Positions 30,876-39,465 of a stretch of DNA of 40,330 bases are shown in pieces. Source of the DNA: a virus; the IMG/VR virus record IMGVR_UViG_3300045988_047360, one strand, 5' to 3'. Numbering within the stretch: position 1 is the stretch's first letter; each line of letters starts with the position of its first letter. Below the pieces are notes generated by a model. It searched no databases. It was not told the DNA's origin and saw only the letters and a program-made list of their open reading frames with translations. Position numbers and translations under genes: made by a program.

Positions 30876-31046
30876 TTATGCTTTTTCTTCTGTGTTAGTC
30901 TCCCGCTTGCCATGCTTGCAGAAGAACTCGGAATCGACCGTGCAGCCGGTCAGCCTGCATCGGCTCCACGCCTTACCGGCGTCACCCATACGAGGGCAAT
31001 CGCCCCACCACTTACATTCCCAGCAAGGGACCACATCAACCATCAT
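30876..31046 (-). CDS. Small Cys-rich protein (56 aa)
   Basis: AAAGGAG RBS. MMVDVVPCWECKWWGDCPRMGD..CRLTGCTVDSEFFCKHG. Confidence 0.55.
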   Translation of the reverse strand: MMVDVVPCWECKWWGDCPRMGDAGKAWSRCRLTGCTVDSEFFCKHGKRETNTEEKA

Positions 31047-31335
31047 AGTAGCAGTATCTCCTTTCCCACGGCTGAAACTGATCGCCGAGGATCGCTTGTA
31101 ACTTACGATCCACCACGGCCTTTGTGTACTCCATGTCTTCTGTGTCTTTCTGCTGGATCTCGGCCATTTCAGTGTAGACCTCTTCCATCTTTCGCATGAA
31201 CGCTGCGCAGCGCTTCTCCCCTGCGCCGAATACGATGTTTGCCGCAATCAGCGCACAGTCTGCCATCAGCTGGCGGGTAACGTGCCGCTCTAAGCGCTTG
31301 CGCTTCTGTATCTTTGCAGCATATGCGTTTTTCAT
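31036..31335 (-). CDS. Hypothetical protein (99 aa)
   Basis: Coupled ORF in the early operon. Confidence 0.5.
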   Translation of the reverse strand: MKNAYAAKIQKRKRLERHVTRQLMADCALIAANIVFGAGEKRCAAFMRKMEEVYTEMAEIQQKDTEDMEYTKAVVDRKLQAILGDQFQPWERRYCYYDG

Positions 31336-31547
31336 TCTACCTTCTCCATCAGCCTATGCAGATACCATTCCGCCTTTTGCAGATCCTGCAAGCCGTTCTT
31401 GCGGTGGTATCTCCATACGTATTTGATGACGTTTGCCGCACAGATCGCCTGCTCCGGCGGCAGGCCCTGAACGGCGCTTTCAAGCGCGTCAATGCATTCC
31501 ACGCTGCCGCTTGCGTAGTGTTCCGGATGAGAAACCATATCAAACAT
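31332..31547 (-). CDS. DUF3310-family protein
   Basis: VSHPEHYASGSVECIDALE..ANVIKYVWRYHRKNGLQDLQKAEWYL matches the DUF3310 pattern. Confidence 0.7.
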   Translation of the reverse strand: MFDMVSHPEHYASGSVECIDALESAVQGLPPEQAICAANVIKYVWRYHRKNGLQDLQKAEWYLHRLMEKVE

Positions 31548-31803
31548 TTTCGTCTCCCCCTCTCAGCCGGTAATTCTCGTCTTCCAACCGGTCAATCAGC
31601 TTACCCCGGTTGATGTTCGCCGCACGCAGGTAGTGAATCACCGAAACCAGCTCTTCCCGGCTCAGCCCCTCAAGGCGTTCCTGATCTACCTTGAGGGCTT
31701 TCAGCGCCGCATAGGCCAAACGGTACATATTCCGCGCCCCCGGCATAGGCACGCTGCGCTTCCCGAACCATTCAATCGCGCTATCCAGTTCTTTGTCAGA
31801 CAT
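31540..31803 (-). CDS. Hypothetical protein (87 aa)
   Basis: MSDKELDSAIEWFGKRS. 8-nt overlap with the upstream stop. Confidence 0.5.
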   Translation of the reverse strand: MSDKELDSAIEWFGKRSVPMPGARNMYRLAYAALKALKVDQERLEGLSREELVSVIHYLRAANINRGKLIDRLEDENYRLRGGDENV

Positions 31804-32284
31804 TTTCCGCTTCACGCTCCTTTTTCTTCCTGTTGTATTCCCGGTTATACGCCCGGATTGCTTCCCGGTGCTTCTCTCTGTATTGCCGGTTCCGCTTTGC
31901 GATCTCGTCACGGTGGCTCTCATAATAGCGCCTGTTGCTGTCCTGCATGCGTTCCTCTGTGCTCTTCTTAGGCGCTTTCTGTGGCTGTACCACTCTCGGT
32001 GCTGCATGCGGAGCAGCGGGCACAAATGGCGTCGGAACAGGCTTGCCGGGGTAGGCGTACTGTTGCAGTATGTACGCCTTGTACCCCTCCCGCACTTCCC
32101 ATTTCCCACGCTGATACTCCTTGTCAATTTTGGCGGTCCGTTTCAGATACCGGATGCAATGATCACTGCTGCAGCCGCGGGGCTTTCCCGTCAGGATCAG
32201 GTAATCGCAGCCCCAGGTCGGCGCGCCATGAGTTTCCCGCGGATGAAAGGCACAGTCCCTGCATCTGTCCGCTTCCGCCCCCAT
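31796..32284 (-). CDS. Hypothetical protein with Cys-rich N-terminus and basic C-terminus
   Basis: 162 aa. CRDC..C..C at the N-terminus and RRYYESHRDEIAKRNRQYREKHREAIRAYNREYNRKKK at the C-terminus. Confidence 0.5.
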   Translation of the reverse strand: MGAEADRCRDCAFHPRETHGAPTWGCDYLILTGKPRGCSSDHCIRYLKRTAKIDKEYQRGKWEVREGYKAYILQQYAYPGKPVPTPFVPAAPHAAPRVVQPQKAPKKSTEERMQDSNRRYYESHRDEIAKRNRQYREKHREAIRAYNREYNRKKKEREAENV

Positions 32285-32580
32285 CAGTCAGCACCATCCT
32301 TCCTTTCGCCGTAGCTACAAAAGTCATCTGCCGACGTTGGCTCGTATGTATTCCAGCACTTAGGTACATCATCCCTTATCTCAAAACCACCAAAGGCTAC
32401 CCCATACCCCCAATTCTTGCAATCCCTGCACCGCACCACCGGCACAGCATCAATGGCTGGAGCCGCCTCTATTTCACGTAAGCACTCTTCTTTTGCTTCC
32501 CTCGAATCTTCGTATGAAGCAGAGACGTTTTCGTATATGATTTCGGACAGCCTATCCGCATCAATCAACCGCATGGTCAT
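32284..32580 (-). CDS. Hypothetical early protein (IDADRL..VVRCRDCKNW type)
   Basis: 98 aa. Motif pattern common in Firmicutes prophage early regions. Confidence 0.5.
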   Translation of the reverse strand: MTMRLIDADRLSEIIYENVSASYEDSREAKEECLREIEAAPAIDAVPVVRCRDCKNWGYGVAFGGFEIRDDVPKCWNTYEPTSADDFCSYGERKDGAD

Positions 32581-32896
32581 CCCTCCCGTTCATACGTGCG
32601 CCGCAATTGGGGCAGTAACGGAAGGAACTTGCCACACACGAAAACCCACAAGCAGAGCATCCGCTCAGAATCGAATCTGGAATTCCGTTGCTTACCCATC
32701 GCCCATGCACCACCGGTACCACGTCTGCGGCGGGTGCGCTTGCAAATACGGATGCAACCGCTTTGCATAACTCCTGCCGCTTATACACGAGATTGATCTC
32801 TCTGTTACCATCAGCTGCCGCCATTGCAAGATTCCACTCATTCCATGCGTGTTCTGCAGCTTTTATCGCCGCTTCCCGTTCAATGTATTCATCCAT
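32561..32896 (-). CDS. Hypothetical early protein with C-terminal zinc ribbon
   Basis: 111 aa. VVPVVHGRW then CSAC..CPNC. Confidence 0.5.
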   Translation of the reverse strand: MDEYIEREAAIKAAEHAWNEWNLAMAAADGNREINLVYKRQELCKAVASVFASAPAADVVPVVHGRWVSNGIPDSILSGCSACGFSCVASSFRYCPNCGARMNGRDDHAVD

Positions 32897-33167
32897 TGTC
32901 AGCCCTCCTGTTCCATGCTTCGATTGCTTTTGCTTCCAGAGTTTTGTCAGTCGTAGCCCAGTCGGGAAGCTGAGCGCAGCGTGTCCACGGGTCATTCATA
33001 ACGCGACCACCAACAGCGCCTCCACGCGCGTGGCAGGTGTTGCATCGGACAGAGTAGGTGTGCATTTCTACGCGCATATCAAGACCATTCCACCCGGCAA
33101 GCCGCAACTTTCGGCCCATCTTGAGTTTTGTGCCGCCGCAGAACGGGCAAGGTTTCAATTCATCCAT
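32889..33167 (-). CDS. Lar-family restriction alleviation-like zinc-ribbon protein
   Basis: GGAGGGG RBS. LKPCPFCGG..YSVRCNTCHARG..EAKAIEAWNRR. Confidence 0.6.
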   Translation of the reverse strand: MDELKPCPFCGGTKLKMGRKLRLAGWNGLDMRVEMHTYSVRCNTCHARGGAVGGRVMNDPWTRCAQLPDWATTDKTLEAKAIEAWNRRADNG

Positions 33168-33636
33168 TTCGCATCCCCTCCAATGCTTTCTCCGCCTCCT
33201 CGCGGGTGAGGAATACGGTCTTGCCAAAATCGGAAAACCGATAAAACCTTGGGGCCATTGGAGTGTATTGTGCTGCAATGCACCATCCGTCAGTGTTCGT
33301 TTCGATCCATTTTGCCACCATCGGCAATATGGTCTTTTCCCCGTAGAATCCGTACACAACATCGCCCACCTTGCACGGCAGCATCACCACGCGGCCGCCC
33401 CTTTCAGCCGCGACTATCTCACGCATTCGATCCACGTCAATGCCATCAAACAGCGCTGTGAGGATCGCCATATCCATGCGCATGTTCATGACGTCAGGCG
33501 GCATCATGTGCGTGTCCTCGTAGGCCGCGAGACGGTCAATCGCCGGGCCGCAGTAGTGCTCGCTTTGCTCTTCAAAGCACTGATCGTTCCTTACGCAGGG
33601 GATTTCATCCCCGTTCAAAAATGTCAATCGTTCCAT
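33160..33636 (-). CDS. Hypothetical early protein (158 aa)
   Basis: Coupled ORF ending in ..VFLTREEAEKALEGM. Confidence 0.5.
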   Translation of the reverse strand: MERLTFLNGDEIPCVRNDQCFEEQSEHYCGPAIDRLAAYEDTHMMPPDVMNMRMDMAILTALFDGIDVDRMREIVAAERGGRVVMLPCKVGDVVYGFYGEKTILPMVAKWIETNTDGWCIAAQYTPMAPRFYRFSDFGKTVFLTREEAEKALEGMRNG

Positions 33637-33818
33637 CACATTTCCTCCTTCAACCAGCTTTCCCATGTTACCAGCCAATCGTCTTTTGCGCTTGACAGCC
33701 CTTCCGGATATTTCAAATTTAAAGAACACCCCTCCGCTTCAAGGGCGTCATCTACCGCTTTTTCGATCAACATTGCCAGCAACTCAGGGGATCTTGCATA
33801 ATTTTCAAAATTTGTCAT
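33636..33818 (-). CDS. Small acidic hypothetical protein (60 aa)
   Basis: MTNFENYARSPELLAMLIEKAVDD. ATGA coupling upstream. Confidence 0.45.
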   Translation of the reverse strand: MTNFENYARSPELLAMLIEKAVDDALEAEGCSLNLKYPEGLSSAKDDWLVTWESWLKEEM

Positions 33819-34693
33819 TCTTCGAACCCTCCAAGAACTTCCTGACCCGGTAAAACACCGTCCTCCATCCACCAATGAAACACATCTACGCCGGAACGCC
33901 ATGAATGCGCATCCTTTCCCTTTGCCATGCGCCGCGCCAGCATCTTATCAAACGCTCGTATATATGCAGCCTTAAACTTTGGATAGCGGGCAAACTCCAT
34001 AATCCGTGATGATGATGCCATGGGGCATCCGATGCAGCCAACCCGCCGAAAGCCCTCGCAATACAGCGGGTTCATGCAGATTTTCTCGGCGGCGGCGTAA
34101 TCCAGAACATCCGCTTCCTGCCAGTCAATGATGGGGTTGACTACTCTCTCCCCCTTTAGCTGGCAGGTTTCAAACAATCTGCGCTTCTCGTCATTGTCAT
34201 TGAGTAGAACAAAATTATTTTTTCTCCCAGTGGTCGCCAAAACTTCCAGAGTTCCCCGGTTTTTCTTCCGGGCTGTACTTTCCGCCCAGCGGACACCGGT
34301 CGCAATAAATCGCCCTTTCCCTCCACCTTCTTTAAGCTCGGCGCAGCAATACCGCGCCAGCCTGGTAGGCGGCATAAGCTTCCGAGGGATCAGGTTCCAC
34401 ATGGTCACGCGGTTCCCATCTGACTGGACGTGCTTGTCCACCGTGCACTTAATGCCCTTGCCTTCAAGTCGTTTGAGCGTGTCATACACATGTCGTACCG
34501 TCTCCGGTGCGTCCGCAGTAGTCAGCGAGTGCAGCACCTCAAACGGTATGCCGCTGATCTCTGCCAGGTGCAGAAGCACATCGCTGTCCTTGCCGCCGCT
34601 GTATGTGATCACCAGCGGCTGCTTAAAAAGCCGCAGCGACATATCCGACGCCGCCTTTAACCGTTCGATTGCAACCGTTCCCAAGTCACTCAT
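33815..34693 (-). CDS. PAPS reductase / PP-loop ATP-pyrophosphatase family protein
   Basis: SGGKDS PP-loop (VITYSGGKDSDVLLHL). C-terminal Cys cluster (CEGFRRVGCIGCP). Confidence 0.75.
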   Translation of the reverse strand: MSDLGTVAIERLKAASDMSLRLFKQPLVITYSGGKDSDVLLHLAEISGIPFEVLHSLTTADAPETVRHVYDTLKRLEGKGIKCTVDKHVQSDGNRVTMWNLIPRKLMPPTRLARYCCAELKEGGGKGRFIATGVRWAESTARKKNRGTLEVLATTGRKNNFVLLNDNDEKRRLFETCQLKGERVVNPIIDWQEADVLDYAAAEKICMNPLYCEGFRRVGCIGCPMASSSRIMEFARYPKFKAAYIRAFDKMLARRMAKGKDAHSWRSGVDVFHWWMEDGVLPGQEVLGGFEE

Positions 34694-35093
34694 GCGGCTC
34701 CACCCCCGGCGCTGCCGGCAACGGCATCCAGTGGGTGATTTCAACAGCCGCGTCCACCAAATCAAATTCGTCTTTCCCGTATTCCGCCAGATAATCGAGA
34801 AGTACAGGTGAATCCCAATACCAACGTCCTCCGTAAAAACACGCAGTACCAGAGAACGGAACGCCCTTTATTTTTTCATAATACGGTTCCGGGTCTCTGT
34901 TTACCCACACCACGTTTACAAGTACTCGTTCCTCCGGCAGCCGCTCCGTCACCGGGATCCATTGGGGCAGATGCTCCAACCGCTGAATCGCAGTATAAAT
35001 ATCATCCCCAAGCGTAATTGGGCATTCCCATTCATTGGCACGGGCCCATTCTGCGTGTTCCCGCAGCGCCTGAATCAATTCCTGATCTGTCAT
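34686..35093 (-). CDS. DUF551-domain protein
   Basis: WIPVTERLPEE..HWMPLPAAP pattern. Confidence 0.6.
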   Translation of the reverse strand: MTDQELIQALREHAEWARANEWECPITLGDDIYTAIQRLEHLPQWIPVTERLPEERVLVNVVWVNRDPEPYYEKIKGVPFSGTACFYGGRWYWDSPVLLDYLAEYGKDEFDLVDAAVEITHWMPLPAAPGVEPHE

Positions 35094-35338
35094 ACTTCCT
35101 CCCCGGCTTTCAGCCGTTTCCATTCTTCGTCCGTGAACTCTACCCATACCTGCTTGACCTTCCCTTTTTTCCAGCCGCTTCGCCGCGCACGGTTAAACCG
35201 CTGGGAAAGATTGGGAACAGAAAGGCCGGTCTGTCTCGCAAGGTCCGTCAGGCTGTCCCCCACGGCAACCGGAAGTTCGTTTTTCCCTGCAACAATCAAA
35301 AACAAAGGGCGTGTCACGCCTTTCCCTCGTACACTCAC
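35090..35338 (-). CDS. Small HTH-like protein
   Basis: GTGA overlap start. DSLTDLARQTGLSVPNLSQRFNRA. Confidence 0.45.
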   Translation of the reverse strand: MSVRGKGVTRPLFLIVAGKNELPVAVGDSLTDLARQTGLSVPNLSQRFNRARRSGWKKGKVKQVWVEFTDEEWKRLKAGEEV

Positions 35339-35604
35339 GGTGTTTTTCCCTCCTTCAACGGGCAGAGCCGCCCGCTTGCTTTACAGTCCGGGAACGGGCA
35401 GGCAAGGCACATCTGGATCTGCTCTGTGGAATCACAAAAGTGATCCCTTCCTTCCTGCTGGGCCATCCGCGGCTGCCGGAGCATACGGTTTACCGCTTCC
35501 GCCGATAACCCGATGCGCCGGGCAATTTCCGAGCCGCTCAAGTCCTGCTTGTGCAGCCTGACAATCTCCCGCACTGTTTCTTCCGTTATCACTTTTCTGC
35601 CCAT
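35335..35604 (-). CDS. HTH DNA-binding protein
   Basis: EIVRLHKQDLSGSEIARRIGLSAEAVNRML, followed by a Cys-rich tail. Confidence 0.5.
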   Translation of the reverse strand: MGRKVITEETVREIVRLHKQDLSGSEIARRIGLSAEAVNRMLRQPRMAQQEGRDHFCDSTEQIQMCLACPFPDCKASGRLCPLKEGKTP

Positions 35605-35987
35605 GGCATCACGCCCCTGTAGCTTCGCAGCGTCACTTCTGTCCGGGGATGCTCCTTGTCGTACAGTACCCGGCTCCCATCGTGGGAAACGATGATGCGG
35701 CAGTTATCATCCGCCAGCAGCCCGGCGCGTACCAGCGTATCGTCCAGCGCTTCCAGAAGATTTGTCAGATCCACACGCCGCCGCGTCGGCATGTAAAACA
35801 GCGCCTGTACCGTCACCGGTGCGGTGATCCCGCTGTATGTATTCGTCGGGATAAACAGCATCGCCGCCTTTTCGTAAGCCTTGTACTGCTTGCTCGGCAC
35901 AATGCTGTACCGCTTGCCCAGCCGTACGATCTGCTGGCTATTCTTTTTCGTCACCGGCGCAAGGGCTATCACAAAATGCAGCGTCAT
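35589..35987 (-). CDS. rusA: RusA-family Holliday junction resolvase
   Basis: IALAPVTKKNSQQIV..YMPTRRRVDLTNLLEALDDTLVRAGLLADDN matches the RusA pattern. ATGA coupling. Confidence 0.75.
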   Translation of the reverse strand: MTLHFVIALAPVTKKNSQQIVRLGKRYSIVPSKQYKAYEKAAMLFIPTNTYSGITAPVTVQALFYMPTRRRVDLTNLLEALDDTLVRAGLLADDNCRIIVSHDGSRVLYDKEHPRTEVTLRSYRGVMPWAEK

Positions 35988-36802
35988 CCCGTCACCTCCC
36001 GGAGCCATTCCAGGTTTGCCTTTGCTTTTGGACGCCGCCGGTTCTCCCCGCCGAAATACAGCGGCGTACACAGTTCCAGTACCCGGTCATAGATCCGCTG
36101 GTAGTTCATGTTTTCGGGCTTCTTCAGCGCGGAAAGCGGCAGGTTTGTTGTCACGATCAGCGGCAGGCCCGACTTGTAGCGCTCGTCCACCACCTGATAC
36201 ACGGTCTCAAGGGCGTAATCGCTCTGCCGCTCCGCGCCCAGATCATCCAGCACCAGCAGCTTGTAGCGGTTCAGCTGACCGATGATCTTATCGCGTGCGT
36301 CCCATCCTACGCCGAGGATTTTCGGGAAGGAGGTCACCATGGCCGGGATCCCGCGATCCAGCGCCGCGTTGGCGATGCAGGCCGCCGCAAAGGTCTTGCC
36401 GGTGCCGGTGTTGCCCCACAGCAGCAGCCCCCGGTTCTCCCGCACCGCCTCGCTCAGATGCTGCGCGTAGGCCTTGCAGCGCAGAAGATCCGGCGTTTCC
36501 TCCGCCGATGCGAAGGTATAGCCCCGCACGGCACGATCCGCGATGCAGGACGCCCGCAGCCGCTCGATGCGGTCCATCTCCTGCCGCTGCTGTTCCGCTT
36601 TGCGCTCCGCTTCGTAGCGCCGCGCGGCGCAGCTGCATTGACAGCCCACCACCCGCAGGGCAGTTCCGAAACGAATCCGGCACTGCTTCGGCGTCCGGCA
36701 CGCGCCGCAGTACAGCAGACCGTCCTGTATGTAATCGCCGGGGTTCCGGACCGGCTGCGCCTTTCGGATCACGGTATTCAATGCATCTGTCAAAGCATTC
36801 AT
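35984..36802 (-). CDS. DnaC/IstB-like AAA+ helicase loader
   Basis: Walker A GNTGTGKT, Walker B LLVLDDLG. N-terminal Cys cluster. Confidence 0.8.
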   Translation of the reverse strand: MNALTDALNTVIRKAQPVRNPGDYIQDGLLYCGACRTPKQCRIRFGTALRVVGCQCSCAARRYEAERKAEQQRQEMDRIERLRASCIADRAVRGYTFASAEETPDLLRCKAYAQHLSEAVRENRGLLLWGNTGTGKTFAAACIANAALDRGIPAMVTSFPKILGVGWDARDKIIGQLNRYKLLVLDDLGAERQSDYALETVYQVVDERYKSGLPLIVTTNLPLSALKKPENMNYQRIYDRVLELCTPLYFGGENRRRPKAKANLEWLREVTG

Positions 36803-37461
36803 AAGCTTCCCTCCATGCTTCCGGGGTCATAGTGCCAGGTGCCGCTTTCGGCTTCGGCCTTTTTCAGGCGATCCCAGATAATGCCCTGCCAGTTGCTGGA
36901 CATACACTTGCCGATCAGGCCGATCACGGCGTCCTCGCCATACCGGGCGGCGTTGTTACGGATCTCCCCGATCAGGGCTTTCAATCCCTCGGGCTTGTAG
37001 CTCTGGTGCTTCTCCGACTTGTACCGCAGCCAGGATTCCAATGCGGACTGCAATGCGGGAGAAAAACCGGTGGATGAAAGGGGGGTAGGGGGAATAGAAC
37101 TATCGTTCTCTCTCTCTTTCTCTACCTCTACCTCTATCTCCCCCTCTTTCTCTTTCTTGCTTGCGGTTTCCCATTGCTTCCCGTTTGCTTCCGCTTTGCT
37201 TCCGTTTTGCTTGCAGTTTGCTTGCGGTTTGCTTCCGCCCTTTTTACCGATTTCTGCTTTTGCTTTGGCTTTGTCAAGGACAGGCCGGAGCAACTCAAAA
37301 GCAATTGCCACAGCGTCGGAAGCTGTATTCAAGTCAGGCTCGATCTGATCTAAAGCATACGCGCAAATCATGTCGTAAACGTCCGCTCTGTCCTGCTTTT
37401 TCTTGATTCGGCTTATTGCTTTGAAAAAGCTGCGGTAGAAAGTAAATTGGTTCCGTTCCAT
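36799..37461 (-). CDS. Replisome organizer / replication initiator-like protein (conserved phage C-terminal domain)
   Basis: FTFYRSFFKAI N-terminus. C-terminal WLRYKSEKHQSYKPEGLKAL..SSNWQGIIW. Iteron array lies inside the gene. Confidence 0.6.
   Translation of the reverse strand: MERNQFTFYRSFFKAISRIKKKQDRADVYDMICAYALDQIEPDLNTASDAVAIAFELLRPVLDKAKAKAEIGKKGGSKPQANCKQNGSKAEANGKQWETASKKEKEGEIEVEVEKERENDSSIPPTPLSSTGFSPALQSALESWLRYKSEKHQSYKPEGLKALIGEIRNNAARYGEDAVIGLIGKCMSSNWQGIIWDRLKKAEAESGTWHYDPGSMEGSL
37157..37239 (+). repeat. Iteron-like array: TTTGCTTsCG repeats, six in exact 11-bp phase (candidate origin)
   Basis: TTGCTT starts at 37157, 37174, 37185, 37196, 37207, 37218 and 37229. A polypyrimidine tract at 37100-37156 is adjacent. 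Confidence 0.8.
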
Positions 37462-37473
37462 CCTATCGCCACC

Positions 37474-37899
37474 TTAAAACGGCAGATCTCCATCTGCGTC
37501 AACCATCTCCGTAAAGCCTGATTCCCGCATCCGCCCTTGCAGCTGATCCAGCTTTGTAGAGCCATCGCCGTGTTCCTCCCGTTTGGAATCACCAAAATAT
37601 ACGCTGTCCGCAACCACCTCTGCGGTGCGCCTCTTGTTTCCGTCCCTATCGGTCCAGTCCCTGAGTTGGAGCCGACCGGAAACAACGGCCATCCGGCCTT
37701 TGGTAAAATATCTCGCCAGAAGTTCCCCGGTGCCCTTCCACGCAACAACAGGAATAAAGTCCGTCCCCCTGCTGCCGTCCTGATTCTTGAAATCACGGTC
37801 TACTGCCAATGTAGCAGATGCAACAGGAGTTCCGCTCTGTGTTCTGCGCAGCTCCGGGTCTGCGCAAAGCCTGCCTTGAATCATAATTCTATTCAGCAT
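37474..37899 (-). CDS. ssb: Single-stranded DNA-binding protein
   Basis: OB-fold N-terminus (MLNRIMIQGRLCADPELRRTQSG) and acidic C-terminal tip DGDLPF. Confidence 0.9.
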   Translation of the reverse strand: MLNRIMIQGRLCADPELRRTQSGTPVASATLAVDRDFKNQDGSRGTDFIPVVAWKGTGELLARYFTKGRMAVVSGRLQLRDWTDRDGNKRRTAEVVADSVYFGDSKREEHGDGSTKLDQLQGRMRESGFTEMVDADGDLPF

Positions 37900-37900
37900 T

Positions 37901-38206
37901 TTAGCTGTCTCCTTTTCTGTAAATCATGTCTTCCCGGTTCCATCCGGGGTAAAAGCCTTTCAGATACGCGATGATCCGCGCTTCATATGCATCGCGGTTC
38001 TTCCCTTCGTCAAACGCTCTGTGGCAAGCCGGGCACAGCGTTACAATGTTCTGCTCAATGCCCTTGCCGCCACGGGAGCGGCGCACAACATGCGCGCACG
38101 GGATGCCATGAAATGAACCACAGATAATACATGTACCTCTGTCTCTGGCATACACAGCTTCTTTGACCGCCGTCGGTATCGCTGTTGCCTTTGTCATCTT
38201 GTGCAT
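37901..38206 (-). CDS. HNH endonuclease
   Basis: CIICG..AHVVRRSRGGKGIEQNIVTLCPACH. Confidence 0.8.
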   Translation of the reverse strand: MHKMTKATAIPTAVKEAVYARDRGTCIICGSFHGIPCAHVVRRSRGGKGIEQNIVTLCPACHRAFDEGKNRDAYEARIIAYLKGFYPGWNREDMIYRKGDS

Positions 38207-38724
38207 TTCCAGCCCTCCATCAGCGCCGCCAGCCTGTCCGGCGGCATGGTTTCAATGCCCTGCATCCTGCAATCCTGAACAATCATGTCAATCAGTCTGG
38301 ACATCTGCGCCGTATCATAAGTGCTGGAACCGTAATATAGAATGACGTTGACGCAGCCCTGAATCTTACTCGGCATGGTTTCCGTCTGCCAACCGATCCC
38401 GTTATGCTCCCATCCGCTGCAAAGTTTCGCGGAAGCTGTTTCCAGCACACATACGGTTTCGCTGTTCCCGCCGATCTCGCGGATATAAGCGCGGTACAGC
38501 TCTGTTTTTGGAATCCTCAGGCGCTCAGAAAGCTTATCCAATAAAACCCATGCATACGCATTGGCGTCCAAACTGCGCCGCGCGCGGTGCTCTTTTACCG
38601 TCACATCGTATTGCTTGCCGGGTTTGAGATCATCCAGAATTTTCCGGGCATCGCTGGTCTGGATACATAGCCATTCTCCGGCCGCATCCATAGACCAGCG
38701 GAAGCCCTCCGCCTTAACCGGCAT
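38194..38724 (-). CDS. NinB/Orf-like recombination mediator
   Basis: RRSLDANAYAWVLLDKLSE and YYGSSTYDTAQMSRLIDMIVQDCRMQGIET parallel lambda NinB RSLDQN.. and STSRM..EF..LLE motifs. Sits next to Erf. Confidence 0.55.
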   Translation of the reverse strand: MPVKAEGFRWSMDAAGEWLCIQTSDARKILDDLKPGKQYDVTVKEHRARRSLDANAYAWVLLDKLSERLRIPKTELYRAYIREIGGNSETVCVLETASAKLCSGWEHNGIGWQTETMPSKIQGCVNVILYYGSSTYDTAQMSRLIDMIVQDCRMQGIETMPPDRLAALMEGWKCTR

Positions 38725-39307
38725 TGTCCTGTTCCTTCCTCACAACCTTCATGCAGGCGGGGCATAAAACATGGCCGAACATACGCTCACCGTACTTTTT
38801 GATATCGGATACGCTCCAAATGCTCCCGTCCCGTTTCTTCGCCGGGTAAAGCTGCTGACCGCATCTTTCGCATAAAACCGGCTTTTCCTGCGCCGCTGCT
38901 TTTGCTTCCAGCTCTTCCGTAGAGATCTTGTCCGGGTCCTCACCGGTCGGCAATGCAAAGGTACGCAGCCACATATACTTAAAAGCATATGTCATGGCCT
39001 TCCCGCTGCCTTTATCCTGCGAATCCGCGCCGTCCCCACAGGATGCGATCTCAATGGATTCATCCGGGTTCTCGATATTGACCATCCGATATACCACATC
39101 CACGTGTGTAATACTTCCGGTTCTTGTTGCATTCTGCATCGTCGGGAAAACAACAAGGCCATATTTCAGAAGCTCCGCCCGCATGATAGACGTCACTTTT
39201 TCTTCGCTCAGCGCTTTATAATTGGTGCTTCCGAAAGAAACATGATCATCCTTTGCGAGATACTGCACATCTTTCATAATGGCGGTGATCTTCTCGTAAA
39301 TGTTCAT
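38714..39307 (-). CDS. ERF-family single-strand annealing protein with C-terminal zinc ribbon
   Basis: NYKALSEEKVTSIMRAELLKYGLVV and GSGKAMTYAFKYMWLRTFALPTGEDPD. C-terminal CERC..CPAC. Confidence 0.75.
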   Translation of the reverse strand: MNIYEKITAIMKDVQYLAKDDHVSFGSTNYKALSEEKVTSIMRAELLKYGLVVFPTMQNATRTGSITHVDVVYRMVNIENPDESIEIASCGDGADSQDKGSGKAMTYAFKYMWLRTFALPTGEDPDKISTEELEAKAAAQEKPVLCERCGQQLYPAKKRDGSIWSVSDIKKYGERMFGHVLCPACMKVVRKEQDNAG

Positions 39308-39465
39308 TCCTCTTCCTCCACTTCCTCAAGGTCTCCATAATCTGTGCTCCCACACTCCGGGCAGCATGTCCAGATCTCCGGAGCACGATCCGGCTCTCCG
39401 TGATACTCGCGATATGTATCCGGCGTGTCAAACGCCGCGCCGCACCAGCGGCATTTATACTGCAT
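39304..39465 (-). CDS. Small zinc-ribbon protein (53 aa) with acidic tail
   Basis: Not in the ORF track. MQYKCRWCGAAF..CCPECGSTDYGDLEEVEEEE. ATGA coupling to erf. Confidence 0.5.
   Translation of the reverse strand: MQYKCRWCGAAFDTPDTYREYHGEPDRAPEIWTCCPECGSTDYGDLEEVEEEE

Noticed and set aside
37100-37156. The CT-rich low-complexity tract as a microsatellite or contingency locus
   Set aside because: It is an imperfect repeat that encodes an in-frame E/K/V-rich linker. It is more plausibly an origin-adjacent unwinding or spacer element than a slippage-prone repeat.
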